In this document: piece by piece, positions 12,910 to 25,930 of the stretch | How positions within the stretch are numbered: position 1 is the stretch's first letter | Layout: every line of letters starts with the position of its first letter | Assembly: GCF_018977255.1 (NCBI RefSeq) | Contig: NW_024704742.1 | Span: 18,230,001 to 18,294,000 of the forward strand | Source of the DNA: Callorhinchus milii | Lineage: Eukaryota | Direction of reading: 5' to 3' | DNA length: 64,000 bases | Position numbers and translations under genes: made by a program | Notes under the pieces: generated by a model | What the model saw: only the letters and a program-made list of their open reading frames with translations | The model's database searches: none | Told to the model about the DNA's origin: nothing

Positions 12910-14085
12910 ATGGGTCCTTTAGAATCAGAAAATGAGGTCAATGTAACAGAGGAGAGAGAGCAGGGAGCAGCAACGGACCTGAAGGAATGGGAAGGTGATA
13001 CCACCACAAATTATAATGGCCCTTATCCTGCCCACTTTTCCATAAAAGACAGCACAAAGTTACTTGGGGTGCAAATAACTCTCATCCTAGCTTATTGCTC
13101 CATCATATTTCTTGGGGTTATGGGTAATTCACTGGTTATCTATGTAGTTATCAGATATAAAAATATGGCAACAGTCACCAATTTCTTCATTGCAAACCTG
13201 GCAGTGGCTGACTTAATGGTGAATACTTTATGTCTGCCTTTCACTCTGGTATACACCTTGTTAGGTGAATGGAAATTTGGTTCAGTTTTATGCCATCTGC
13301 TTCCTTACGCCCAAGCTCTCAGTGTCCACGTGTCCACAGTGACTCTCACTGTCATTGCTCTGGACAGACATCGATGCATTGTTTATCACTTGGAGAGCAA
13401 AATCTCCAAGAAAAGATGCTTTATCATCATAAGCATCACCTGGCTCGCTAGTGCCGTGTTGGCTTGTCCTCAAGCTATATTCAGAGAGTATATAAACATA
13501 GAGCTTGAAGGTCTGAAAATGCAAGCATGTTCAGAAAAGTGGCCGAATGGGAATGACAATGATGGCACCCTTTACAGTGTATCCATGCTGCTGCTGCAGT
13601 ATGTGCTGCCCCTGGTGATTATATGTTTTGCCTACATTAGAATCTGGACCAAGTTGAAAAACCATGTTAGTCCAGGGGGAGGGAATGATCACCACCACCA
13701 GAGGAGAAGAAAAACCACCAAGATGCTGGTGATGGTAGTTGTGGTATTCGCTGTGAGTTGGTTGCCATTCCACGTGTTTCAACTTGCCATCGACATCGAT
13801 AAGAATATTTTCGATCTAAAAGAGTACAAGTTGCTCTACACCATATTTCACGTCATAGCCATGTGTTCCACCTTTGTCAATCCGCTGGTCTATGGATGGA
13901 TGAATAAAAATTACCGGTACTCCTTCCTCACGGTGTTCAAATGCGAGCAAAGGCTTGATTCGATTCACTCTAAAGGAATAGCAAGGTTCAGAAGCAACAC
14001 ACGGAATGAAAATACGGAAGTGACAAACTGTCTATCCTCTCCAGCCATTCAGCTCACTGAAGTCAATCAGCCAACCAGTGTTTAA
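12910..14085 (+). CDS. NPY7R/NPY2R: Neuropeptide Y receptor, Y2 subfamily (class A GPCR, 391 aa, single coding exon); Y7 slightly favoured over Y2
   Basis: Intact ORF with seven hydrophobic segments and the motifs GN (TM1), NLAVAD (TM2), DRH (TM3), SWLP (TM6) and NPLVY (TM7). Y2/Y7 signatures include DSTK, DRHRCIVYHLESKISK, KLKNHVSP, KTTKML and CEQRLDSIH. It also has an N-glycosylation site NVT, a helix-8 Cys, and a C-terminal PTSV. Confidence 0.97.
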   Translation: MGPLESENEVNVTEEREQGAATDLKEWEGDTTTNYNGPYPAHFSIKDSTKLLGVQITLILAYCSIIFLGVMGNSLVIYVVIRYKNMATVTNFFIANLAVADLMVNTLCLPFTLVYTLLGEWKFGSVLCHLLPYAQALSVHVSTVTLTVIALDRHRCIVYHLESKISKKRCFIIISITWLASAVLACPQAIFREYINIELEGLKMQACSEKWPNGNDNDGTLYSVSMLLLQYVLPLVIICFAYIRIWTKLKNHVSPGGGNDHHHQRRRKTTKMLVMVVVVFAVSWLPFHVFQLAIDIDKNIFDLKEYKLLYTIFHVIAMCSTFVNPLVYGWMNKNYRYSFLTVFKCEQRLDSIHSKGIARFRSNTRNENTEVTNCLSSPAIQLTEVNQPTSV

Positions 14086-14223
14086 TGGCATTCACTCTAA
14101 GCTTTCATACTCTTGCATCTGATGAACACCAACCTCCGACTGCATTGGTTTACAGAGCGGCTGGTTGCTACATTAAGTCAGTTAGTAAAATGAGTACACT
14201 ACATTCCAATGTCAGTTTCTGTA

Positions 14224-14229
14224 AATAAA
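14224..14229 (+). terminator. Candidate polyadenylation signal of the receptor gene
   Basis: AATAAA about 140 nt after the stop codon, followed by a T-rich tract. Confidence 0.4.
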
Positions 14230-16230
14230 GACCAATATTTATTGTTTTCCCTAAAGGAGTTCACTCACTGCTGGTCAAAATAGAATTGAAAAAATAATGC
14301 TCATGAAAGTGAAATCCACTCAAAATTTGTGTTGTTGCATTCTAAACCAAATTAGTTCAGTATTATACTGTACTAAGAAATTATTTGTAGAGAGATGTAT
14401 CACTAAAGTTGACTGGCATTTCTGAAGACTAAATATAGACAGATTCTTTCATTCTATCTGCAATTTAAGTGTATTTTACAGATATTACTATGATAATCAT
14501 GATCAATCAGTGTTTGTTGATTAGGCAAATCCCTCAATCCTCCCTTATATAAAAAAAAGACCATGGTATAATATTTACATAGATTTAAATAAATTAAATA
14601 TTGAATTTAAATTAAATTAATAATTAAATTAATTAATTTAACAATATTAAATAGTGAAAACAGGCCACTAGGACCCATTGTGTCCATCCAGGTGTTTATA
14701 CTCCACATGAGTCTTCACCCTTCCTTATCTCCTCTCCCATACCCATGTATTCCCTTCTCCCTTATGTATGCAAAATGTGCAATGCATGGCAGAAGTCTAG
14801 ATCCAATTCAAGTTAAAATTGGAAATGTAAATGTACAAGCAACCTAAAAGTGAATAATACTCTCCTATCGCTCCTGAAAAACAATCCCAGCCTGTGCTTG
14901 ATAAAAGGTGGCTTGTATTTTAATTGTCATAGGTGTAAGATATAACTTCATAAACTGTCCTATTAAATTATATCATTTTTAAAGTAATTTTTTCTATTGA
15001 GGAACCCTAGGCAAAAGGCCAAGACCCAGAGTACAGAACACAGTAAAGGTTCAAAAGAATGGATAGAAGATGAAACAAATGAAAATGTATAGATGGCAAG
15101 TGTAACATTGAAAGGGTTTGGGTGGATGAGTTGTAATAGGAGATAATGATGAGTTTTGAATTCAACTCTGAGGATTGAAGGAGTTTGTGTGGTGGGGTAT
15201 TTGAAGAGATGTTGAGAGTTTGATATGGAGACCAAGGGTGTTAAAAGATGGACCCTAAGGGATCTATTTCCAAACAGCTGTTATTATAGATTATAGTGTT
15301 ATTCCGAGTTAACTTATCTGCAGAATTCCCTGTTAGTGACAATACGTTGCTCTTAGTGAAGCATGTTGCAAACTGCTATGAGCCAGAGTGGTTACAGGAA
15401 AAGGGTAGGTATATAGTCATTGCATTAATAATGTAGAACAAAGTTGCAGTGGTCTGTTTTTTGCTACAGAAAAGGAAGGCATAATTAAATACAATTATGA
15501 TAAGAACTGGCAAATGGTTGGCAGAAGAGCTGGCAGAAAGTTAATTAAACAGCTGGAAAAGACTGAAAAAAATATGGGAAGAGATGTGGAAGAATGGTCA
15601 ATGATCTGAGGAAAAGTGCACAAGTGAGCATCCTATTTGTGAATGCCTTTTTAATCATATGAGAATGTAATTCATGTTTGTAAGATAAACGAGTGAAGAT
15701 GGTAGTCACTGTTAGAAGGGATTCTGAGCTAACGGCAACCATTTTTGTGAATATTTCACATCAAACCTCAGTGATAGTTGATATTGCAGATGTCATATCA
15801 CAGGTGTTGTTGTCTGCATGTTCGGCATTTAATGGATGAAGGCTTCCATATGCATGCTGATGTTCCTTAGAGCATTCTCAAGGAGATTGCTAAGGAGCAG
15901 CAGATGGCTGACCCCTGCAGTGATGTTTAAATGTCAGTGAATCTGAGGAGATAAACACACCTGGTTTTCCTTGGGTGATATGTCAGTTCTTGCTTTTGCA
16001 GCAACTGTGGAAACTCAAACTTGCGTAGACCTCTCTCACAGGGTGAATCACAATGTGGTGCTGATACGAATGCATTGGTTTCAACAGCAGCAAGAACTGC
16101 TATAGGAGTGTAGCCTAAGCTACTCCCTTTCCTACCCCACCATTACTACTGCCACTGGTAATGGCACAAGCACCAGAACACATACAATGTAAATACAACA
16201 CCTAGACAACAATGAATTATTATTAATAAC

Positions 16231-16605
16231 AATAATAATCCTGTATTTGATATTACACTTTATCACATCATCGAGTCATTGAAACACGGCAGCCAGTTTG
16301 CGCACAGCAATGTCCCACAAACAGCTAATGAAGTGAGTGACCAATTTTACTTGGGGGATTGTTGGACAGGACACTGGAAGAAACTCCTTTCTCTTTTTAA
16401 GTAGTGACATGGGATCTTTAACGTCCACCTGAGCAGGCAGACGGGATTTTGATTTAAAATCTCATCCGAAAGATGGCACCTTGAAAATGCAACACACCCC
16501 CAGCGATGCATTGGAGTGTCAGCTTAAACTATGTGATTCCAAGTTCCGATGTGGGCTTGAACCCACATCCTTCTGAGTCAGAGGTGAACGTGCTACAACT
16601 GAGCA
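16231..16605 (-). mobile_element. Deu-domain SINE
   Basis: Reverse-complement collinear with 27834-28190. Confidence 0.85.
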
Positions 16606-19013
16606 ATACTCACACAACAAGGGAAAAAGGGCTACAAAAGGGTGACACAGAGTATATGTAAATAGGCGCACTCTCCAAACTTTGTCACACACGCCACATT
16701 TTGTAAATATTACTCAATTGTACCACTTGATGAATTGTTGTGCCTTTGAATATATGGCCTCTGTCACCTGATGAATTGCATGTGAGATGTTTCGCTGACT
16801 GACTTGTGGCTCCCTGGTCATGGCTTGTAAACCAATGATAACATATGTTTAAAACACCTGCAACCATAACTGGAAAGAAGTCCCATTTGTAAATCCTCAA
16901 TGAAGGTTCCCTTGCAGAAGCCACACTGATTCATGACTGTCTAGCATACCATTGCAGATGTATAAGGACTGGCCCCTCTGTAAGGTTCAATGTATTCTGA
17001 TTCTGGTTACATTATACATGGCTTCACGACACCAAAATTGGGCTATGATGTTTTGCCAGTACTGCTGCAGTTTCCTGTTGACAAGGTCATGCTCTTCATG
17101 GATCACAAGACAGAAAAGAAATGTGCTGCCCACAGTTGCTAGTTAATTTAACCACCATTTCCTCTATTGACTAATGAATGGTCAAAATTACCAACCCATG
17201 CATATTGGTAAACATTAAGCATATCCTATATATGCCTGCAATTTTGTGGATGCAATTAACCGAGAATTATATAGAGCAATTATGAAGATACTCTTGTTTA
17301 GATGTCGCCATGTATCAAAGTGCTTGTACACATTCATTGGAAGCTCCTTAATTCTTGTGGTTCTGTCGGTTCCTTACTTTTCCCAATGCAAACACATAAT
17401 TATTAGTTGTGTTTCAGACTTTTAAGGGGTTCACAGCCGATTGGAGATGATTCATGTGCTGTGCCGACATGTTTGCTGCAAAATCTATCTGGCAACGAGG
17501 ACACTTATTTCTGCTTACTTAGCCTTGCCTCCAAAGCAGGATAGTTCATTGTTGTCTGTGTACTTGATTATTTTGTACTGCTGTTGCTTAAAAAATATTA
17601 AACACCTGTTAACCAACCTATTTATTTATTTTATTTGAAAAACATTTCAGGATCACAATTCACAGTGAATGAAAAGAGTGAATTAATGGTTTAGCACTTT
17701 ATTACCTCGAAGCTTTCACAGGTTACTTCTGTTAAGCGTATCAACAATTTTTGTAGCAAACTAAACAGCCAATTGCACCAGTAAAGTCCCATAAAACAAG
17801 CCATGAAATTAATAATAAATTTATCTGGACGATTGTTAGCTAATTTATCTAGAGTTTTTTTTTGGTCAGCCCACAGAAATCCATCACCACGCTTAAGAGT
17901 ATCCAAATCAAACTGAGAATTCCATGCATCCCACCTACATATGGGAATTCCAAAGATAGATTGTTTGAATGCAATTTGTTGTCTAAGGCACTGGAGGGAT
18001 TCCCTTTCTCTTTGCTAATAGTCATGGATATTTTTAATGTTTATGTGAAACATAAATGGGACCTCGGATTAACATCTCATCTGAAATTAAAATGGTCTAA
18101 GCGTTGTTGAAAATTTATTTTAAGTAATTTTTTTACTGTCAGTACTATATAATTGATTTGGTGTAAATCCAAGTAAGTAAATGATTTGGTGATTAACATA
18201 CCGAAGCAGCACTTGGACAAAGATATCTCCAGGGATATGGCACATATTTAATTCATCTGACTCGGATACTAATCTGACCAATCTGTTTAGTAGCAACCAT
18301 TCGTTCTAGTTGTGTGATTGAATCGAGTGTACTGTATTTCACAGCTTGAAAATGCCATGCTATGCAGACAAGGGATAATATGTTATACAGAATGCAATTA
18401 TAGGGTAAACAATGCGGCTAGTGGTATGATAATGAAACCTGGTGATAATTATCATATCACTCATCAGCATTCTTCATCCCAGTATTTCTACCCAGATTAT
18501 TTCCAATAATCTTTCTCACAATTAAAACATTGTGGCAACTGGATTTAAACTGATCGAAGACTAATAATGGGCGTGAGCAAATTTTATTTCAGAAAAGTAT
18601 TGAATTTTGTTTTGGATAGTTCAATAGACGTAACCAATTTGAGTTCCACAAATCAATTTTAATCAGGACTCTACAATTGTTTCTGTTGTGAATTTTATGA
18701 AATGTCTAGTGTTCATATCTTTCCTAAGGTTTATCTTTTATTATTTATCAATTGTAAAGTTGTAGCTTGCAGTTTCTAACAATTATAAGCACTCTATCAA
18801 AAAGCATTTGTTCCTAAAACTTCCATATTAGTAAGGAACAATTCTACAATACTTGGGGCAACTTTGATGGTGTAGTGGATAAAGCTGCAGATTACAGATC
18901 AGCAGCTCTCAACTATTTGCATTCCACTTCTTATCCACAACCCTATATGCCTCATCTCAATCATGGTTTCCACATTATTCAGGTACTCACACCTCCATCT
19001 GTCTGTATTGACA

Positions 19014-19420
19014 ATAATAATCTTTGCACTTGATATAACATTTTATCACGTTTTTGAGATGTCTCAAAGCACTTCACAGGATATACGGTAAAGTGTGTTT
19101 TGTGAGCAAATGCAGCAGCCAATTTGCACAGAGCAATGTCCTCCAAACAGCCGTTGAGTGAATGACCAATTTCATTTGGGGGATTGTTGCCCAGGATACC
19201 AGGAGAAACTTTCTTGTTTTTTTGAATAGTACCATGGGATCTTTAATGTTCACCTTGACAGGCAGACCGGATCTTGGTTTAATGTTTCATTTGAAGGACA
19301 GCACCTCGAACAACACAGTACTCACCCCCCACACGCACTGTTTTAGAGTGTCAACCTAGACTATATAGATTCCAAGTCCTGATGAGGAGCTTGCACACAA
19401 AACCTCGTGACTCAACTGAG
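19014..19420 (-). mobile_element. Deu-domain SINE
   Basis: Collinear with 16231-16605. Confidence 0.82.
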
Positions 19421-21854
19421 TTAGGGTGACATATGTTTGAAAACGCAAAATACTGCAACTGCTGGAAATCTGAAAGAAAAACAGAAGTCGCTGGGAACAC
19501 GCAGCAGGAGAGAGAATAAAACGAGTTCTGACAAAAGTTCATCAACCTGAAACTCACTTTCCTCTCTCCATAGATGCTACCTGACCTGACACAAGTTTGA
19601 GACATTCCCCATTATTCTGGGATACAAGTAACGGATACAGTTGTTGCTGTGTTGGTGACTAATTTCCTATACATTTGTGGAATGGGATGAACCATTAGAA
19701 AGCCTTCTGCAATGCTATTTAAGTCACTTCTGTAATTCTAGTGAATTGACTCTTTATTCTGTGCCTGACTCATTCAGGTATCCAGCTGATTATATCTTTA
19801 ACATGATAGAGAGCTGCTCCATCATGAATAAAAGAATAGTGTTTCCTTATCAGCACAGTTCAGACCAAAAACTTGATAACCTCCAAAAATAATAAAAGAG
19901 CAGCTTCAGTCAGCATAAACCAAGAATAAATAAACTGGAATATAGCCCATATATAACCTATTTTTAAGTATTTTTAAAAAATCATATTTCAAAGACATTA
20001 TATAGATACATTATTCATATTTTCATCTTAGCAATTGTATATGTCTTTAACTAAAATTGTTTTACAAAATGTATGTCTTATAATGTGCAACAACATTTTT
20101 AGAAGGAACAATCTTCTTTTAGTGTGAGATAACAAAAATACTTGTGATTATGATATTATTTTTCAAAGTATATTCTTAGTTTCATTCTTCTTGATTTGTT
20201 CTTGATTTGTACGATTCATTTCTTTTACATACATCACAAAAGTATTTTAGTCAAATGATATACAGTTAGGTAAAGAGGTTAGTGGTTCCCAAAATAAAGT
20301 TTTTGTTTTATTCAGTATATTTTAGTTTGGCTCGGAAAACAGAAGCATATTTCTCATGGAGTCCTCTTGATTAATATGCTTAGAGGTTCATCAGTTTGTT
20401 GAAGTTCCTGCTAACTGCCTTCAAGAGAACTAGAAGAGACATACACAACTAAATAAATTTATAACATTTAACAACAATTCCTTTGAGGGAATTCTTGCTT
20501 AATGTATCTGTGCTGCATGAATGATTGCACTAAGTATTGTTGATGATGGTAGTTTGAGCATTTAAGTATAGAAAAGCTTTTTGACATTTTAATATCTAAA
20601 CAGCAGCAGCAGACAAAAGCATAAATATTGCTTTTATGCTCCAGCACAGAGACCTTTAGTGCAGAGCTAACAATATTGTCAAAGAATATATATTGTCCAG
20701 TTTCCCCTAACATTATTCTGTGCTCAACTGAAGGTAAAGAATTGTGCTTACAATTGCACAAAAACTCCCTTCTTATTCAATGCTTTATAAAGTTATATTC
20801 CTAAGTTAAATTTAAAGTAGCATGCAGTATTTGTATGCATTTGTAGATTGTATCTCTAAAAGATTGCCACAGTTTGTGATATCAAAGAATTGAAGTGATC
20901 AGAATACGTTTGTTTCCCAGAGAAATATATATATTATTTTCACTATTGCCCATCAAGAACAAAAACAATTATTGAAAGTATTTATTCCACTTTCTTAAAC
21001 GTTGTACTTTGTGACTGGGCTGCACAGATTCTTATAGTCCAAACTGGAAACATAGAATGGCTCACAATTTGAAGCGGCGATGGGCCATTGTTGAACATCA
21101 TGTTCCTTTCCCTTGAGCCTTGGCTCTGGCTTCCTGTTGCTGACAGCATAGAAGCGGAAGTGGAAAGAATTTAAGGTCTAAAGATACATCATTGTTAGTG
21201 CTCTCTTCCTATACAATCAATACTTGGGTCACGAGGGCAGTCTGTAAAAGCTGACGCAGTAAATGCTTTGTAATTATTTTATCGAACAGTTTACTGAACA
21301 TTTTCAGAGAATGAGCATTCATTTGCCACTATTGGTGAGAACATACTTCCAGAGCATGTGGTTGCTCACAATTTCCCTGAGAACAATCTGTTTCAAAGAA
21401 TTTAATTCTGTTTCTAAGATCAGATTTTTCTAACCTGACTTTAAAGCCTGGTACTTGTAATTCTCTTTTTGACAAGATAATAAAATAAATAGCCGGTCCT
21501 GAGATATAAATTGGATCAATTGCTTGATTTTGCAACTAATGGTATTTAACACAAAAGTGTCAAATAAATGAAGCAACTACAGAATTGAATTCCACGTAAG
21601 GTTCTTCTAATAAAACTAGTCAAACGTGGTTTGCATTTGTTATTTTTCTTCAAAGATGTCAACAGATAAAATGAATGCTTCAATTTTTACTTGTGGTTAC
21701 AGTTGCAATCAATACTTCCTGCCAGTTGGGGGAAACAATTGTTACTGAAGTGCAGAATGAGTAACAGGAGCATTCCATTTACAGCTCAAGTCCAAACATA
21801 TATAGGATGGAAAATATGAGAATAATGTGTTGATTATCACTAGCAATAATGATC

Positions 21855-22180
21855 AACAACAAAAACAAATGACATTTGTATAGTCCCTTTCATGTCAGGC
21901 GGACATCCCAAGGCATTGGACGGTCAGGGATTTGGACCCGAGCTGGAGGTTGGGAGGGATGGAGGGCAGGGAGGGTAGGGGTAGGAGGGTCACTGAAGAT
22001 GCATCAAAGAAGAGGGCCTTGAGACTGCCTTGAAAGAGGCATGGGAGACAGCAAGGTGAAGGGACTGTGGGATTGAGTTCCAAAGGGTGGGGGCAGAGCG
22101 GCTGAAGGCCCGACCCACCAATGGTGGGGCAGAGGACATGGAACAGACCAGGACTGTATGGGGTTAGCTGGTCACAAAGA
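21855..22180 (-). mobile_element. L2 3' fragment
   Basis: Reverse-complement similarity to the other L2 3' ends. Confidence 0.8.
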
Positions 22181-24740
22181 TAGGGAGTAGTTTTGTTCTG
22201 TTTGGATTTGTCTGGTTTATTAAGCAAAAGTTGCAAATTAATGCAATGCGTTAGTATCTGTACACAATTGATTTGAAATTATTAAATTGCATCACTTCCC
22301 TCCTCACCTTCCCAAAGGATTGCCAGAGCTTGTTTGCAAAAGCTCTACTGGCACTTAACATATTTCAAACAGTTTTTAAAACATGCACAAACTGATGAGG
22401 TGGCAGAATAGGTTAGCAATTGATTCATCTGTGGGATGTGTGTGATTAATGAGTTAAATGTTTCCACCTTATGTGGGGCATAAGCTTCTGAATCTAAGGA
22501 GTTAGGGCAGCTTGAACCCAGTTACAATGAAGGTAATAAAAACAGAAATTGCTGGGAACACTCAGCAAGTCAGGCAACATCTATGGAGAAAGGAAAGTAA
22601 ATTAACGTTTCAAGTCGATGGCCTTCCGTCAGAACTGGGGGATGATGGAAGGGAGCAAATTATAAGGACAACAAAGGTATGTTCCCAGGCACCAAATGAA
22701 AACATAAAACTAATATTTAGGTTTCTAGGAGAATAAATGTTAAATATAGTCCAATAAAATTAGCATCGTTGCTCAAATTTTATAATTTGCACCATCACAT
22801 TAACTGCTGATAGTTATTAATGTCAAAAAGTGAATTCAATAACAAACAATGTTAAATCCATTAAATTCTTACAGCAAATTGATTTTTCACTTATCATAAA
22901 TTGATGTACTCCAAGGGCATTAGTTTATTGATAATTAAGTCAATACTTCAAAGGCCATTTCTAAAGGGAAAACCAATACACTTCTGATAAATATTCATTG
23001 TTTTGAATTTGCTTTAGCTATGTTATATTTTCACATGTGAGTACTTCAATTCCTTTCACTGTAAACCAGAGGCAATAATTGAATAAGGTTTGCTTTCAGG
23101 CTGTCAGGACTGGAGAACGTTATCTTTGTTTAAACAAAGCCTGAGGTCTTCGTGATTTAGAGGTAGAAACACAGATTAGTAGGTTATTTAGTTTCCAATG
23201 TCAGCTGTGAGAACAATTCAGGGAACAAAAGATTAATAGCACATTTTATAAATTCTTCCTAAGTCAATATTTTATGCAAACAACTAATGGTAGAGTTGGT
23301 CTTAAGATAGAAATTGTGTTTGTAAAATCTCCATGTTTAAAACCAACTGGATAAGCTGCTTTATTTCCTGAATAACCTACTGCAGTCCCTGAGAATAAAC
23401 ATTAAGGCACCAGTAATTTTCAGGCAGTCTTGCGCACCGAACAGCCTTGTAATGAGCAGTCAGTCAGGTTGTTGGTGCATATACAAGTTTCAGAAGCTTT
23501 GTTTCCAATGCTTTGCAGCAACTAGTTCAGCTCAGTACTGTCAGAAAGCTGCCCTTTCAAAACAAGATAACTGTTTAAGGGGATGGCACCCATTAGAAAT
23601 GATTCTATGTCACTGAAATGTTGCAGTTTGGTATTAATAGTTTGGGAAGGTGAGAGCTTCTGGTAGGAGGTGATTGCTGCTGCCGAAGGCTCTTCGGTTA
23701 TTTGGCTGTCGTCTGGCTCTGTTAATGTTAAATTTACTGATCTGTGAGCTCTGAATTGGGGGAGGCTACATGTGCTTCTTCCAGGCAAAATGATAGCACA
23801 CTCTGGCTTTCTGGCTTGAACAACTGTTATGATACTTCCAATAAATGATTCAATCCATAAAATTCAACCAAGACATGACAAGAAGCTCGATCTCCAACAC
23901 TTGCTATTATGGAGTACAATCCAGGTTAAAATGAATGACTGACAACATGATGGAAAGATATGAAACACAGATGCTTATCCCTAAAATATTATAATTGAAA
24001 CATCAGAACAGTTGTTAGATCTAGAATGCATTTTGCAGGAAATAATTACCAGTTCTTCTGGTACGTGTAATGTTAATTAACATCTATTTTTATTCTCTAT
24101 GATCCTGCATTTCTTATGAACGATCATCACTCAGAAAAAATGCATTATGCTTCAATAGTTGAAGCACACACTATATTGGATTATTCAGTGCTAAATGCTA
24201 ATGCAGCTGTAACCTGCAGATAGAAGTGCTGCACAAGATGAACAGTGAAGAGCTTGGAGTGACTCATTTATCAACTGCATAATAGCATGTTACGCATTAA
24301 GCTTTGTTTCACACAACCCTTAATGTTGACTGTTGTCCTGCCTGAATTTCAACCAATGTACTCCATTAATTCAGCAGCTTTGCTCTTATTTCGGAGATAC
24401 GTAGGAGTTTTTTGGGGAACTTGCCCAAACTGCCCTTACAATTTTCCCCAAATAATCTCTTTTTGGACTTTAGCCAGAGGAATTCCAAAGTCTTAGACTC
24501 TCAGTTATTGTTTGAATAATGTTTATATGTGTGATATTTTGTGGTATTTCTTAATTACAATACAATGCAATGCAAAATTACATTTATAATAGTGCCTTTC
24601 ACACCAGGAGTGAAGTGCATCAAGGCACTATTTGTAAAAAAACGGTTCAAAAATACTGCAAAATTTAGCCAAAATTTTAAAATAAGAGGTGGTGGATTTA
24701 AAGGTGGTGGATATCTCCACACTTACACAATAGAATAGAA

Positions 24741-25930
24741 TCCTGGACCTCTCCACTGCATTCGACACAGTCGATCACACCATCCTACTCCACCGCGTCT
24801 CCTCCAACATCCACCTCAGTGGGACCGCACTCGCTTGGCTTGAGTCCTATCTTACAAACCGCCAGCTCTACATATCTGCAAATGTTTTTTCTCACCCTCG
24901 CCTGGTCACCTGCAAGGTATCCCAAGGCTCCATCCTTGGACCCCTTCTCTTCTTCATCTATATGCTCCCTCTCGGTGATGTCATCCGCAGACACGGGGGT
25001 TAATTTCCACATGTGTGCGGCTGACCTCAACTCTTCTCTCCTCCAGCTGTGGCCCCCAGTCCCCTGAAGTTCTGTCAGCTGGTCTGGATGAGCGCAAACT
25101 TCCTGCAGTTAAACGTCAACAAGATGGAAGCTATACTCGTTGGCTCCCGTCGACGTCTTCTGTCTTGCAGTTCAGACGTCCTTAACCTACCCGATCTGTC
25201 ATTAAAACTCTCTGAATCCGTGCGCAACTGAGGCGCCAGTTTCAATCCCCAGTTATCCTTCTCCCCCACATTTGTTCCCTGACCAGGACAGCTTTCCTCC
25301 ACCTCCACCACATTGCCCGTCTCCGACAATAGCTCACTCTACAAGCTGCCGAAACCCTTGTCCACACCTTCATCACCTCTCGGCTGGACTACTCAAACAC
25401 CCTCCTCGCCGGTCTCCCCTCCTCCACTATTCACAAAATTCAACTCAACCAAAACTCTGCCGCCCGCATTCTCACCCGCACCAAACTTCATACCCCGATT
25501 ACTCCAGTCCTTGCAAAACTCCACTGGCTCCCTGTCACAGAGCAGATCGACTTCAAGATCCTCACTCTAGTGTTTAAATCCCTCCATTCCTTGGCACTCC
25601 CCCATCTCTCCAACCTCCTCTCTCCTCACAGCACTGCCCGCTGCCTCTGCTCTACTGGCTCTGGCCACCTCCTCGTCCCTCGAATCCTCTTTTCCACCAT
25701 CGGCGGGGTGCCTTCAGCCACTACACCCCGAAACTATGCAACTCCCTCCCTCAATCCGTTTGTCTTGGCCCTTTTCTCCCCATTTTCAAGTTGCACCTGA
25801 AGACCTTCCTCTTCGGCAGTGCCTATGGTCACCTTTCCCCTTCTTCTGGCTCGCCATCAGGCTCTGCCATTATTAGGTGTTTCTGGGACGCTGCCCAGTG
25901 TAGAGGGCACTATGTAACTGCAAGTTGTTG
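24741..25930 (+). mobile_element. L2-clade LINE, 5'-truncated (RT plus 3' end)
   Basis: LDLSTAFDTVDH, PQGSILGPLLF, decayed YADD (CAAD), SRLDYSN, LHWLP and FKIL motifs, then an L2-type tail. Confidence 0.92.

Noticed and set aside
16685..16924. Faint Harbinger-transposase-like peptides
   Set aside because: Too degenerate, and the motif order does not fit; it would need a profile search.
22700..24500. Repeat-poor intergenic stretch as a conserved enhancer
   Set aside because: Cannot be supported without a multi-species alignment.
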